From IMG/VR virus record IMGVR_UViG_3300005613_000004: 64,000 nt of DNA; one strand, given 5' to 3'. The notes beneath the pieces were generated by a model, which did no database searches, had not been told where the DNA came from, and worked only from the letters and a program-made list of their open reading frames with translations. This document shows, one piece after another, positions 1 through 10,703 of this stretch; the stretch's first letter is position 1, and the number at the start of each line of letters is the position of its first letter. The DNA is from a virus. The translations under genes and the position numbers were made by a program.

Positions 1-2
1 CT

Positions 3-2105
3 GGTGCTATTGCTGCACCTTTTGCAAAAGGTCCAGTAAACGAACCAACATTGATTGGAAGTGAAAAGGAATTATTAGATACATTTGGTAAACCATATAG
101 TAATGATAATCACTATGAACATTGGTTAAATGCATCATCATATCTTGCATATGGTGGTCTTTTATCAGTAGTGAGATCAGACGACAGTGAATTAAAAAAT
201 TCATTTGTTGGTGCTGCAAGCACTGTTAAAATAAGAAGTACAGAACATTATGAAGCACTTGGATATGACGAAAATCCAATTACTGGTGTAACAGTTGTTT
301 CAAAAAATCCCGGAAGTTGGGGAAATGCACTTAGAATTGGAATTATTGATTCAAAGGCAGATCAAATTCTGACTGGAATTACTACGACAAATATTTCTGT
401 CGGTATGGGTGTTACTCAATCAGTGAGTGGAAGAATTGATATTGGTGCTGGAACTACATCTGTTCTTGATGGATATCTAAAAGGTATTGTCACTGAAGTT
501 GATTCAACTGCAATAAGTGTTAAGGTACTTTCACACGTTAGTGCAGCAGGGACTGAATACACTAAAGATTATCAAGAATCTGGAACTTGGGCATTTACTA
601 GCACAGGTAATGTTGCTATTCACACTGCAGGTAATTCCACATCTTTTGCAACAACTTCTTATACTGGACAAAGTGATTGGTTTGATCAACAGGAATTAAG
701 ACTAACTTCATCTTCCACTGTTAAGTGGAATACTTTGGCAGATCGTCCAGGAACTTCTTTATATGCTGCAGAAAGAGGTTCTAGATTTGATGAAGTTCAT
801 GTTGTTGTAATTGATAATGATGGATCAATTACTGCAAATTCCGGAACAATTCTTGAAAAGAATTTAAGTCTTTCCAAGGCAAAAGATGCTGAGTATTCTC
901 TTGGATCACCTTCATATTGGAGATCTTTTCTCAAAAATTCTTCTCAATATATTTTTGGTGGATCTGCACCTGCCGGAATCGTAACAACTGGATTTAAAAG
1001 TAGTGGAACTGGTTTTGATTTAGAAACCGATGTAGGTTGGGATCAAGATGCGGAGGGAATCACTTTTGCAGCATATGGAAATTTGGGTGGAATTGGAATT
1101 TCCACTGAAAATCAATTAACTCGTGGGACAAATTATGATGGAGGAACTGATATCGATGCAACAGGTGCATTAAGTTCTGGACTTGATGATATTGTATCTG
1201 GATATACTTTATTTGAAAATACAGAAAGATTTGATGTAGACTTCATTTTGATGGGATCTGCAGCATACTCTAAAGAAGAAGCACAGGCACTTGCTAATAA
1301 GTGTATTGCAGTTGCAGAATTGAGACAAGATTCAATTGCATTCATCTCACCATATAGAGGTGCTGCCATTAATGATACTGATGACCAAAATGCAGTCAAT
1401 GTAAATACTGATGAAGATATCACTGATAACGTAATTAGTTTTTACTCCCCAATCACTTCATCATCTTATGCAGTATTTGATAGTGGTTATAAGTATATGT
1501 TTGATAGATTTGCAAATACATTCAGATATATTCCATTAAATGGTGATATTGCTGGTCTTTGTGTTAGAACTGATAGAGAACAATTTCCCTGGTTCTCACC
1601 AGCAGGAACAAATAGAGGTTCAATTCTCAATATTGTAAAACTTGCATACAATCCAAGTAAAGTTCAAAGAGACAAACTTTATACAAACAGAGTTAATCCA
1701 GTTATATTCTCTCCAGGTGCAGGTATTGTTCTCTTTGGTGATAAAACTGGATTTGCTAAGTCATCCGCATTTGATCGTATTAATGTTCGTCGTCTGTTCC
1801 TCTATCTTGAAGATGCGATTTCTGCAGCAGCAAAAGATCAACTCTTCGAATTTAATGATGAAATTACAAGAACTAATTTTGTAAATATTGTTGAACCATT
1901 TCTTCGTGATGTTCAAGCAAAGAGAGGTATTTTTGATTATGTTGTTGTTTGTGATGAAACAAACAATACTGCTGCAGTTATAGATAATAACGAATTTGTA
2001 GCAGATATTTATATTAAGCCAACAAGGTCTATCAACTTTATTGGTCTTACATTTGTTGCCACCAGAACTGGTGTTTCATTTGAAGAAGTTATCGGTAACG
2101 TTTAA
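3..2105 (+). CDS. g18: Tail sheath protein, 5' truncated by window edge
   Basis: Frame is open from nt 3 (GAIAAPFAKGPVNEP). C-terminal sheath motifs PWFSPAG, LYTNRVNP, FDRINVRRLF, FEFND; precedes tail tube. Confidence 0.95.
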   Translation, partial: GAIAAPFAKGPVNEPTLIGSEKELLDTFGKPYSNDNHYEHWLNASSYLAYGGLLSVVRSDDSELKNSFVGAASTVKIRSTEHYEALGYDENPITGVTVVSKNPGSWGNALRIGIIDSKADQILTGITTTNISVGMGVTQSVSGRIDIGAGTTSVLDGYLKGIVTEVDSTAISVKVLSHVSAAGTEYTKDYQESGTWAFTSTGNVAIHTAGNSTSFATTSYTGQSDWFDQQELRLTSSSTVKWNTLADRPGTSLYAAERGSRFDEVHVVVIDNDGSITANSGTILEKNLSLSKAKDAEYSLGSPSYWRSFLKNSSQYIFGGSAPAGIVTTGFKSSGTGFDLETDVGWDQDAEGITFAAYGNLGGIGISTENQLTRGTNYDGGTDIDATGALSSGLDDIVSGYTLFENTERFDVDFILMGSAAYSKEEAQALANKCIAVAELRQDSIAFISPYRGAAINDTDDQNAVNVNTDEDITDNVISFYSPITSSSYAVFDSGYKYMFDRFANTFRYIPLNGDIAGLCVRTDREQFPWFSPAGTNRGSILNIVKLAYNPSKVQRDKLYTNRVNPVIFSPGAGIVLFGDKTGFAKSSAFDRINVRRLFLYLEDAISAAAKDQLFEFNDEITRTNFVNIVEPFLRDVQAKRGIFDYVVVCDETNNTAAVIDNNEFVADIYIKPTRSINFIGLTFVATRTGVSFEEVIGNV

Positions 2106-2124
2106 TCTAGAGGTTTAAAGAACA

Positions 2125-2724
2125 ATGCCTAATCGTCAACAGGTAAATACTTTACCATTAAGAACAATCAGTGACTTTAAAAGTAAGTTGAAGGGTGGTG
2201 GTGCGAGACCCAATTTATTTGAGGTTGAGTTAACATTTCCATCTGGAGTTTCTGTTCAAGCAGAAAATGAAGTTATTGATAATGCAAGATTTCTTGTAAA
2301 AGCAGCAGCACTTCCTGCATCAACTATAGCACCCATTGATATTCCATTCAGAGGAAGAATTTTAAAAATTGCAGGTGATAGAACATTTGAAACTTGGACT
2401 ATCACAGTTATTAATGATGTATCATTTAATATTAGATCTGCTATGGAAAAGTGGATGAATTTTATCAACAAACTTGATAATGGAACTGGAGAAACTGATC
2501 CAGCACTTTATCACGTAGATGCTAAAGTTCATCAACTGAATAGAGATGGTGGAATTCTCAGAAGTTATGTCTTTAAAGATGTTTTCCCAACTAACATTTC
2601 TGCAATTGATTTGAGTTATGAAACCACTGATACTATTCAAGAGTTTACTGTAGAAATGCAAGTTCACTATTGGGAAGCATTCAAAGGTAATGCCGAAGAT
2701 TCGGGTGGTGAAAGCATTAGCTAA
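2125..2724 (+). CDS. g19: Tail tube protein
   Basis: GGARPNLFEV, FRGRILKIAGDRTFETWTIT motifs; between sheath and portal. Confidence 0.95.
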   Translation: MPNRQQVNTLPLRTISDFKSKLKGGGARPNLFEVELTFPSGVSVQAENEVIDNARFLVKAAALPASTIAPIDIPFRGRILKIAGDRTFETWTITVINDVSFNIRSAMEKWMNFINKLDNGTGETDPALYHVDAKVHQLNRDGGILRSYVFKDVFPTNISAIDLSYETTDTIQEFTVEMQVHYWEAFKGNAEDSGGESIS

Positions 2725-2757
2725 ATAGTAAAATAACATCTCAAGACAGTTTATAAT

Positions 2758-4416
2758 ATGGCAAAACTTTTCGGGTTTTCTATTGAAAATACTAATAAAG
2801 AATCTAAATCTATAGTTTCCCCCGTTCCTCAAAATAATGAGGACGGGGTTGATAATTATATTGCTAGTGGTTTTTATGGTTCTTATGTAGATATTGAGGG
2901 ACAATATAGAACAGAATTTGATTTAATCAAAAGATATAGAGAAATGTCTTTGCACCCAGAATGTGATGGTGCTATTGAGGATGTTGTCAATGAAGCAATT
3001 GTTAGTGATCTTTATGATTCTCCAGTAGAAATAGAATTATCTAATCTTAAGGCAACTGATAAGTTAAAAAGAATAATCAGAGATGAGTTTAAACATATTA
3101 AAGAAATTTTAGATTTTGATAAAAAATCTCATGAAATTTTTAGAAATTGGTATGTTGATGGTAGAATATATTATCATAAAGTTATAGATTTAAAAAAACC
3201 TCAGGAGGGAATCAAAGAACTGAGGTATATTGACCCAATGAAAATGCGGTTTGTCCGTCAAGAAAAGAAAAAAGATAGAAATATTATCGGACCTAATATT
3301 AAATCTGCTAATGAAACTTCTTCAATAGCACCAGAAATTGAAGAATATTTTGTTTATTCACCAAAACCAAACTATCCAACGGGAAATTTAACTGGTGGTG
3401 GTGGAAATAAAGGAACAAAAATTTCAAAAGATGCAATTACATACTGTACCTCAGGTCTTGTAGACAGAAATAAAGGTAATGTACTTTCGTATCTTCATAA
3501 AGCAATTAAAGCACTCAATCAACTAAGAATGATTGAAGATTCTCTTGTTATCTATAGACTATCAAGAGCTCCAGAAAGAAGAATTTTTTATATTGATGTT
3601 GGCAATCTTCCAAAAATTAAAGCAGAACAATATCTTCGAGATGTTATGATGCGTTACCGGAATAAACTTGTATATGATGCAAATACAGGTGAAGTTCGTG
3701 ATGATCGCAAGTTTATGTCTATGATGGAAGATTTCTGGCTCCCAAGAAGAGAAGGAGGTCGTGGAACAGAAATCACCACACTTCCTGGTGGACAAAACTT
3801 AGGAGAACTTGCTGATATTGAATATTTTCAGAAAAAACTATACAGAGCACTTGGAGTTCCTGAGTCAAGAATTGCTGCTGATGGTGGATTTAATCTTGGT
3901 AGGTCATCAGAAATTTTGAGAGATGAACTTAAATTTTCCAAGTTTGTTTCCAGACTTAGAAAAAGATTTGCTTCTATGTTTACTGATATGCTCAAAACTC
4001 AATTGATACTTAAAAATATTGTATCAATTGAAGATTGGGAAGAAATTTCAGATCATATTCAATATGATTTTTTATATGATAATCAATTTGCAGAACTAAA
4101 AGAAACTGAATTATTAAATGAAAGACTTGGAACTCTTTCTACTATAGAACCTTATATTGGAAAATATTATTCTCAAGATTGGGTAAGGAGAAAAGTATTA
4201 CGTCAAACTGATGCAGAAATTATTGAAATGGATGAAAAAATTGAACAAGAAATTAAAGATGGAATTATTCCAGATCCAAGTGCAGTAGATCCAATTACCG
4301 GAGAACCATTACCAACTGATGATCAAAATATGATGGGCAACATCCCTATAGAACCTGAAATTGATGCATCTGCAGTGGAAGTGGATATAAAAGAACCAAA
4401 AGGTGGTGAAATATAA
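2758..4416 (+). CDS. g20: Portal vertex protein
   Basis: RAPERRIFYIDVGNLPK, MMEDFWLPRREGGRGTEITTLPGG. Confidence 0.97.
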   Translation: MAKLFGFSIENTNKESKSIVSPVPQNNEDGVDNYIASGFYGSYVDIEGQYRTEFDLIKRYREMSLHPECDGAIEDVVNEAIVSDLYDSPVEIELSNLKATDKLKRIIRDEFKHIKEILDFDKKSHEIFRNWYVDGRIYYHKVIDLKKPQEGIKELRYIDPMKMRFVRQEKKKDRNIIGPNIKSANETSSIAPEIEEYFVYSPKPNYPTGNLTGGGGNKGTKISKDAITYCTSGLVDRNKGNVLSYLHKAIKALNQLRMIEDSLVIYRLSRAPERRIFYIDVGNLPKIKAEQYLRDVMMRYRNKLVYDANTGEVRDDRKFMSMMEDFWLPRREGGRGTEITTLPGGQNLGELADIEYFQKKLYRALGVPESRIAADGGFNLGRSSEILRDELKFSKFVSRLRKRFASMFTDMLKTQLILKNIVSIEDWEEISDHIQYDFLYDNQFAELKETELLNERLGTLSTIEPYIGKYYSQDWVRRKVLRQTDAEIIEMDEKIEQEIKDGIIPDPSAVDPITGEPLPTDDQNMMGNIPIEPEIDASAVEVDIKEPKGGEI

Positions 4417-4419
4417 ATA
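4412..4419 (+). promoter_or_regulatory. T4-type late promoter (TATAAATA)
   Basis: Exact TATAAATA at the end of g20, upstream of the head genes. Confidence 0.75.
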
Positions 4420-4441
4420 AGCATATAGATATAATAATTTT

Positions 4442-4609
4442 ATGGAAGACATCGTAAATTTGATTGGTTCTGATTCCTCTGCTTCAGATATTTCTGATAT
4501 GATTAAAGATACTCTTTATTTAAAAGCATCTGAGAAAATCGGAAATATTAGACCAATTGTTGGAACATCACTATTTGGTGGAGATCAATCATCCGAGGAT
4601 CAAGAATAA
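4442..4609 (+). CDS. Small hypothetical protein (55 aa), below the ORF-track cutoff
   Basis: ATG 4442 to TAA 4609, MEDIVNLIGSDSSASDISDMIKDTLY...; TAATG coupling to the next gene. Confidence 0.7.
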   Translation: MEDIVNLIGSDSSASDISDMIKDTLYLKASEKIGNIRPIVGTSLFGGDQSSEDQE

Positions 4610-4878
4610 TGACAAGAACTTTATTAGTAGGAATAGGTACAGAAGTTGCATTAGATAATGCAACTACTTTAGATAATGCAACAGTAATTAGAGTATTTAA
4701 TAATTCTGGCACAGATGCGACTGTTAGTGTCGCAAAAAGTAGCACTAGTGGTTACATTAGCACTGCAACTGTAACACTTCCTGCAGATACAGTTGAATTT
4801 TTTGAAAAAGGACCACAAGATCAAATTTCGGCATCAGTATCAACAGTAGTAGGTTTCAAAGTAGGATTCACAGGTTAA
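4609..4878 (+). CDS. Hypothetical protein in head module
   Basis: 89 aa ORF, translationally coupled, between portal and protease. Confidence 0.7.
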   Translation: MTRTLLVGIGTEVALDNATTLDNATVIRVFNNSGTDATVSVAKSSTSGYISTATVTLPADTVEFFEKGPQDQISASVSTVVGFKVGFTG

Positions 4879-4882
4879 TAAA

Positions 4883-5533
4883 ATGAAACTCATCACGGAA
4901 GAAATTTCAAACGTCAAAATTATTACCGAAGGTAAAGGTTCTGGCAAAAAACTTTACATTGAAGGACCATTCCTTCAAGCGGAAGTCGTAAACCGCAACA
5001 AGAGAATGTATCCCATGCAAATTCTTGCCAAGGAAGTTGATAGATACAATGAAGCTTTTATCAAAAAAGGACGTGCTCTCGGGGAACTTGGACATCCTGA
5101 TGGACCAACTGTAAATCTTGATCGGGTTTCTCATAAAATTACTTCACTTACTCAAGAAGGAAATAATTTTAAAGGCAGAGCACAAATCCTGAATACTCCA
5201 ATGGGTAAGATTGCATCTTCTCTTCTCGATGAAGGTGTAATGCTTGGAGTTTCCTCTCGTGGTGTTGGTTCATTGAGAGAAGATCGCAATGGTTGTAAAG
5301 TTGTTGGTGAAGACTTTATGTTGGCTACTGCTGCTGATATTGTTGCAGATCCCTCTGCTCCGGATGCTTTCGTTCAAGGTATTATGGAAGGAAAAGAGTG
5401 GGTATGGGAAGGAGGAGTTCTTCGTGAGCAGTTAGCAGAAAAAACACAGAAGAGAATTAATACTCTAGTTGATCAAAAAGCACTTGAAGAACATAAACTA
5501 GAATTATTTCACAATTTTATCTCAAATCTATAA
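4883..5533 (+). CDS. g21: Prohead core protease
   Basis: ALGELGHPDGP (His) and GVSSRGVGSL (Ser) catalytic motifs. Confidence 0.96.
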   Translation: MKLITEEISNVKIITEGKGSGKKLYIEGPFLQAEVVNRNKRMYPMQILAKEVDRYNEAFIKKGRALGELGHPDGPTVNLDRVSHKITSLTQEGNNFKGRAQILNTPMGKIASSLLDEGVMLGVSSRGVGSLREDRNGCKVVGEDFMLATAADIVADPSAPDAFVQGIMEGKEWVWEGGVLREQLAEKTQKRINTLVDQKALEEHKLELFHNFISNL

Positions 5534-5535
5534 TT

Positions 5536-5543
5536 TATAAATA
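5536..5543 (+). promoter_or_regulatory. Late promoter
   Basis: TATAAATA upstream of g22. Confidence 0.75.
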
Positions 5544-5575
5544 AATATAGATTAACACAAAAATCTATAAGTCAA

Positions 5576-6652
5576 ATGTCCGTTGGTAGCGATTTACAAG
5601 AAATGGAAAACGTAGTAACCAAAAATGCTGCTGCATCTGAACCAATGCAAAAACTGTCCCTTTCAACTCCCGGACAGGCTTCTGTAGAGGATCTCGGTGG
5701 CCCTACTCCCGAAAACTATAGAGTAGATGATGATTCTGCTAAACTTAAAGAACCCTCACTTGCAACTGTCAGTGACATTGTAAACAAAGGTGCAAAACCT
5801 GCTGAACCAATGAAAAAGGTTAAGGAGGAAAATGAAAATGAAGAGGAAATTGAGGAAGATTCTACTGAAGAAGAAACCTCAGTTTCTGAAGAAGAGGAAA
5901 TAGAAGAGGCACCTGTAGAAGAATATGATATTGAAGAAGATGTAAATGCACTTCTTCAAGGTGAAAATCTTTCCGAAGAATTTGAAGAAAGAGCACGTAC
6001 TATTTTTGAAACAGCTATTAAAACAAAAGTTGCTGCAATTCAAGAAGAATTAAAAGCAGAATATGAATCAACTCTCGAAGAGCAAGTTATTATCATTAAA
6101 GAAGAACTGACTGATAGAGTTGATGCTTACCTTGAGTATGTTTGTGAGGAGTGGGTTACTGAAAATCAACTCGCAATTGAGCAAGGTTTAAAAGCAGAAA
6201 TGACTGAATCATTCCTTTCTGGAATGAAAGGTCTTTTTGAAGATCATTATGTATCAATCCCTGAAGAAAAATATGATGTAACTACCGCAATGGTAGAGAA
6301 ATTAGATGAGATGGAAGATAAACTCAACGAGCAAATTAAGTCTAATATTGCTCTGAAACAAAGATTAGCAGAGTCAGTTGCTGATGTAATTTTCTCCGAT
6401 GTTTGTGAAGGTCTTGCACTTTCGCAAAAGGATAAATTAGCTTCTCTTGCCGAAAATGTTGAGTTTGATAGTGAAGATACATATCGTGAGAAACTGGTAG
6501 CACTGAGGGAATCTTATTTCCCATCCAACACTGGTACTCAAAGAGACGAGTCAGAGAATATTTCCGAAAGTTCTGATGCAGAGATTTCTGCTTCTGTAAC
6601 TCCATTAATGGAAGGATATCTTCAAACTCTGACTAGAGTTTCGAAAAAGTGA
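5576..6652 (+). CDS. g22: Prohead core scaffold protein
   Basis: Acidic coiled coil with VDAYLEYVCEEW...EN; lies between g21 and g23. Confidence 0.93.
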   Translation: MSVGSDLQEMENVVTKNAAASEPMQKLSLSTPGQASVEDLGGPTPENYRVDDDSAKLKEPSLATVSDIVNKGAKPAEPMKKVKEENENEEEIEEDSTEEETSVSEEEEIEEAPVEEYDIEEDVNALLQGENLSEEFEERARTIFETAIKTKVAAIQEELKAEYESTLEEQVIIIKEELTDRVDAYLEYVCEEWVTENQLAIEQGLKAEMTESFLSGMKGLFEDHYVSIPEEKYDVTTAMVEKLDEMEDKLNEQIKSNIALKQRLAESVADVIFSDVCEGLALSQKDKLASLAENVEFDSEDTYREKLVALRESYFPSNTGTQRDESENISESSDAEISASVTPLMEGYLQTLTRVSKK

Positions 6653-6699
6653 TTTTTATATCATAAGTCAAACTAACTTTTTAAAGAGGTAAATTTCAA

Positions 6700-8115
6700 A
6701 TGCAAGCTTTCAATACAGAAGCTCTGCAGGAAAAGTGGGCACCTATCCTTGATCATGAAGGAGGCATCAAAGATGCCCATCGCAGAATGGTCACTGCCCA
6801 ACTCCTGGAGAATCAAGAACAAGCACTCCGCGAAGAGCGTGAGTTCCTTTACGAAGCACCAACTAACAGCACCGGTTCATCGGGTGCAACTGCAGGTTTC
6901 TCTGCTGATGCTGGAAACACTGTTGCAGGTTTCGATCCCGTACTGATCTCTCTGATCAGACGTTCAATGCCTAACTTGGTCGCATATGACCTCGCAGGTG
7001 TTCAACCAATGAATGGTCCTACCGGACTTATCTTTGCAATGCGTTCTCGCTATACCGCACAGGACGGTAACGAAGCACTGTTTGATGAAGCAGATACCAC
7101 CTTCTCTGCTCAAAATGCTGAGAGAAATATTGAAGGTAATGGTTATACTCCCGGATCCAGTGATGGTTCTGTTGGTTTCGGTACAACCGCAGCACAAGCA
7201 GGTGACAACCCTGGTATTTTAGATATCAATACCGACCAAAATTATAGTGTTGGTCGTGGTATGAATACCGAAGATGCTGAAGGACTTGGAGGATCTGGAA
7301 GTGCCTTCAACGAGATGGCATTCTCGATTGAGAAAGTCACTGTTACTGCAAAGTCAAGAGCACTGAAAGCCGAGTACTCCTTAGAACTCGCACAAGACCT
7401 CAAGGCAATTCATGGTCTGAATGCTGAGGCTGAACTCGCAAATATTCTCTCTACAGAGATTCTTGCTGAGATCAACCGTGAAGTCATCAGAACCATCTAT
7501 AAGTCTGCACGTCCTGGTGCTCAAGCAAACGTTGCTACTGCAGGTACTTTTGACCTCGATGTTGACTCTAACGGACGTTGGAGTGTTGAGAAGTTTAAGG
7601 GTCTGATCTTCCAAATCGAGCGTGATGCTAACGCAATCGCACAAGAGACTCGTAGAGGAAAGGGCAACATGATCCTCTGCTCTGCAGACGTTGCTTCCGC
7701 ACTGACCATGGCAGGAGTCCTCGACTATACCCCTGCACTCAACGCAAACTTGAACGTTGATGATACCGGTAATACCTTCGCAGGTGTACTTGCTGGTAAG
7801 TATAGAGTCTATATCGACCCATATTCTGCAAACGTAGGTTCTGCAGGTAATGGTATTCAGTACTACGTTGCTGGTTATAAGGGTACTTCACCTTATGACG
7901 CAGGTCTCTTCTACTGCCCATACGTTCCTCTTCAAATGGTTCGTGCCGTTGGTGAGAATAGCTTCCAACCTAAAATTGGTTTCAAGACCAGATATGGTAT
8001 GGCAGCAAATCCATTCGCATCTGGTATACAGAACAGTGAAGTCACCAATCCTGGTGCTATCGTTGTAAACGCAAACCGTTACTACAGAAGAGTACGTGTT
8101 CAGAACTTAATGTGA
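6700..8115 (+). CDS. g23: Major capsid protein
   Basis: GVQPMNGPTGLIFAMR, AKSRALKAEYSLELAQDLKAIHGL, FQPKIGFKTRYG. Confidence 0.98.
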   Translation: MQAFNTEALQEKWAPILDHEGGIKDAHRRMVTAQLLENQEQALREEREFLYEAPTNSTGSSGATAGFSADAGNTVAGFDPVLISLIRRSMPNLVAYDLAGVQPMNGPTGLIFAMRSRYTAQDGNEALFDEADTTFSAQNAERNIEGNGYTPGSSDGSVGFGTTAAQAGDNPGILDINTDQNYSVGRGMNTEDAEGLGGSGSAFNEMAFSIEKVTVTAKSRALKAEYSLELAQDLKAIHGLNAEAELANILSTEILAEINREVIRTIYKSARPGAQANVATAGTFDLDVDSNGRWSVEKFKGLIFQIERDANAIAQETRRGKGNMILCSADVASALTMAGVLDYTPALNANLNVDDTGNTFAGVLAGKYRVYIDPYSANVGSAGNGIQYYVAGYKGTSPYDAGLFYCPYVPLQMVRAVGENSFQPKIGFKTRYGMAANPFASGIQNSEVTNPGAIVVNANRYYRRVRVQNLM

Positions 8116-8137
8116 TTCATTTTCACAAGGTTATACG

Positions 8138-8166
8138 AGAGGGTCTTTCGAGACCCTCTTTTTTTA
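8138..8166 (+). terminator. Rho-independent terminator after g23
   Basis: AGAGGGTCT-TTCG-AGACCCTCT followed by a T tract. Confidence 0.9.
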
Positions 8167-8184
8167 TCTAAATAAAAATAAAAA

Positions 8185-8742
8185 ATGTCTTGCAATTTTC
8201 CCAATCAGATAAACAATAGAAACTTTTTATCTCCGATTGGTTTTAAGTTTACATTAGCAAAAGATACAAAGATTTCCTTTTTCTCAAATTCTGCACGAAT
8301 TCCAGAGATTAATATGGGAACAGCAATACAACCAGTTTATCTCAAAGATTTAGATGTTCCTGGAGATAAGTTAAATTATGGTGATTTTAATTTAAGATTT
8401 TTAGTTGATGAAAATCTAGAAAACTATATGGCAATTCACAATTGGTTAACTGGTCTTGCTTATCCAGAAACTACACAACAGTTTAAAGATTTAATATCAA
8501 ATAAAGAAGATATTACACAACCACCGAATTTGAATAGACAATTCAGTGATGGAAGTTTGCATATTCTTAATAGTAATTTTAGAACACAAGCAATTGTAAA
8601 ATTTGAAGATTTATTTCCCACAAGTCTTTCATCTTTAGAATTCGAAGCAACTGATCCGGACATTAGTTACTTTACAGCAGAGGTGGTTTTCAAGTATACT
8701 GTATATAATATATTTGCATCAGACGGTAGAACACCCTTATGA
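8185..8742 (+). CDS. g3: Tail completion/sheath stabilizer protein
   Basis: NFLSPIGFKF, VDENLENY, FEDLFPTSL; typical position after g23. Confidence 0.85.
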   Translation: MSCNFPNQINNRNFLSPIGFKFTLAKDTKISFFSNSARIPEINMGTAIQPVYLKDLDVPGDKLNYGDFNLRFLVDENLENYMAIHNWLTGLAYPETTQQFKDLISNKEDITQPPNLNRQFSDGSLHILNSNFRTQAIVKFEDLFPTSLSSLEFEATDPDISYFTAEVVFKYTVYNIFASDGRTPL

Positions 8743-9176
8743 ATCTTGATCAAATTCAGGAAATGTGGGAAAGAGATTCCCAGATCGATCCTGACAATTT
8801 ACATGATGAGTCACTAAAAATACCACAACTTCATTCAAAGTATTATACATTATATAATACCATCACATTGTTAAAGGAAAAAGCACGAGAATCTTATAAT
8901 AGAACTAAATTAGAAAGATATAATTATTACACAGGAAAGGCAACAGCAGAGGTTTATGCCGAAGAACCATTTCCATATAAAGTTAGAGATAAAGAAGCAT
9001 TACAGAGGTATATGGATGCCGATGAGAAGTTGAGTAGAGTAGACCTGAAGATTAGATATTATGATGTAGAACTTAGATTTTTAGAAGAAATTATTAAAAC
9101 AGTTTCTAATAGAACTTTTCAAATAAAAAATGCCATTGATTTCATGAAATTTACTGCTGGATATGGAGGTTCTTAG
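8739..9176 (+). CDS. uvsY: Recombination mediator UvsY
   Basis: LHDESLKIPQLHSKY, RTFQIKNAIDF; upstream of uvsW. Confidence 0.88.
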   Translation: MNLDQIQEMWERDSQIDPDNLHDESLKIPQLHSKYYTLYNTITLLKEKARESYNRTKLERYNYYTGKATAEVYAEEPFPYKVRDKEALQRYMDADEKLSRVDLKIRYYDVELRFLEEIIKTVSNRTFQIKNAIDFMKFTAGYGGS

Positions 9177-9238
9177 TAATATATAATTAATTCATCTTGA
9201 CAGTATGAACTAAATACTCATAGGTGAATCTATAGTTC

Positions 9239-10702
9239 ATGTCACATTTGATTATTTTTAAAAAGAACGAAGTATATTTAAAAGTTGAAGCAGAAGCACA
9301 TATTTACTATGAGTTAGCAGATCAATTTACATTTGATGTGCCTGGAGCAAAATTTATGCCTCAGTATCGTAATAAGTACTGGGATGGAAAAATTCGTTTA
9401 TTTAATACACAAACTGGTGAAGTTTATGTTGGGTTATTAGATAAAGTTACAAAATTCTGTGATGATCATGGATATACGTATGAATTTGTAGATAATAAAT
9501 TCTATGGACTTCCTTTTGAGGTTAACGACTTTATCTCGAAGGAAGGTGTTAAAGATTATATGAATGCTATTTGCAAGTATTCTCCCCGTGATTATCAAGT
9601 AGAGGGAGTATACGACGCCCTAAAACATAATAGAAAGTTGTTGATATCCCCAACTGCTTCTGGAAAGTCTCTGATGATATATTCTCTCGTGAGATATTAC
9701 GTTGAGAAGCAACAAAATATTCTGATAGTCGTTCCGACGACTTCCCTAGTAGAGCAGATGTATAAAGATTTTGCAGACTATGGTTGGGATGTAGGTTCAT
9801 ATTGCCACAAAATTTATGCAGGACGTGAAAGAGAAACCGATTCTCAAGTAATCATTACTACTTGGCAGTCTATCTACAAACTTCCACGAAAATACTTTTC
9901 AAGATTTAATGTGGTCATTGGAGATGAGGCACACCAATTTAAATCGAAGTCATTAATATCTATAATGTCTAAACTCGCTGATTGCAAATATCGATTTGGA
10001 TTTACTGGAACACTTGATGGTACACAAACTCATAAGTGGGTATTAGAAGGATTATTTGGTCCTTCTTATAAAATCATTCGTACTGAAGAATTAATGGCTA
10101 AAGGTCATGTTGCCAAATTGGATATTAATGTACTTCTATTGAAACACCCTGCACATAAATTTGAAACTTTTGAAGATGAAGTTCAATATATTATAAATCA
10201 TGAAAGAAGAAATAAGTTCATAAGAAATCTTGCTCTTGATCTGAAAGGAAATACATTAATTCTTTTTGCAAGAGTTGAAGGACATGGAGAACCACTATAT
10301 AATTTAATAAATAATTGCAAACTTGATGAACGTCAAGTATTTTTTGTTCATGGTGGAGTTGATACTAAAGATAGAGAATTAGTAAGAGAAATTACTGAAA
10401 AAGAGAATAATGCAATTATTATTGCTTCTTATGGAACTTTTAGTACAGGAATTAATATTAAAAATTTACATAATGTTATTTTTGCTTCTCCATCTAAATC
10501 TAGAATTAGAAATCTTCAATCTATTGGACGAGTACTTAGAAAAGGTAATAATAAAACAAAGGCAACTCTTTATGATATTGCCGATGATATTTCTTACAAA
10601 TCTCGAAGAAATTATACCCTCAATCATTTGATAGAAAGAATTAAAGTATATAATGAAGAAAATTTTAATTATGAAATACTAAATATACCCCTTAAAGACT
10701 AA
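9239..10702 (+). CDS. uvsW: UvsW SF2 helicase
   Basis: PTASGKS Walker A, DEAH, QSIGRVLR. Confidence 0.95.
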   Translation: MSHLIIFKKNEVYLKVEAEAHIYYELADQFTFDVPGAKFMPQYRNKYWDGKIRLFNTQTGEVYVGLLDKVTKFCDDHGYTYEFVDNKFYGLPFEVNDFISKEGVKDYMNAICKYSPRDYQVEGVYDALKHNRKLLISPTASGKSLMIYSLVRYYVEKQQNILIVVPTTSLVEQMYKDFADYGWDVGSYCHKIYAGRERETDSQVIITTWQSIYKLPRKYFSRFNVVIGDEAHQFKSKSLISIMSKLADCKYRFGFTGTLDGTQTHKWVLEGLFGPSYKIIRTEELMAKGHVAKLDINVLLLKHPAHKFETFEDEVQYIINHERRNKFIRNLALDLKGNTLILFARVEGHGEPLYNLINNCKLDERQVFFVHGGVDTKDRELVREITEKENNAIIIASYGTFSTGINIKNLHNVIFASPSKSRIRNLQSIGRVLRKGNNKTKATLYDIADDISYKSRRNYTLNHLIERIKVYNEENFNYEILNIPLKD

Positions 10703-10703
10703 T

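Noticed and set aside
2422-2904. 160-aa minus-strand ORF, and many similar shadow ORFs (1133, 15962, 18724, 29268, 31980, 44612, 53471, 61943)
   Set aside because: Antisense to well-supported genes, with no motifs or expression signals; expected from codon bias
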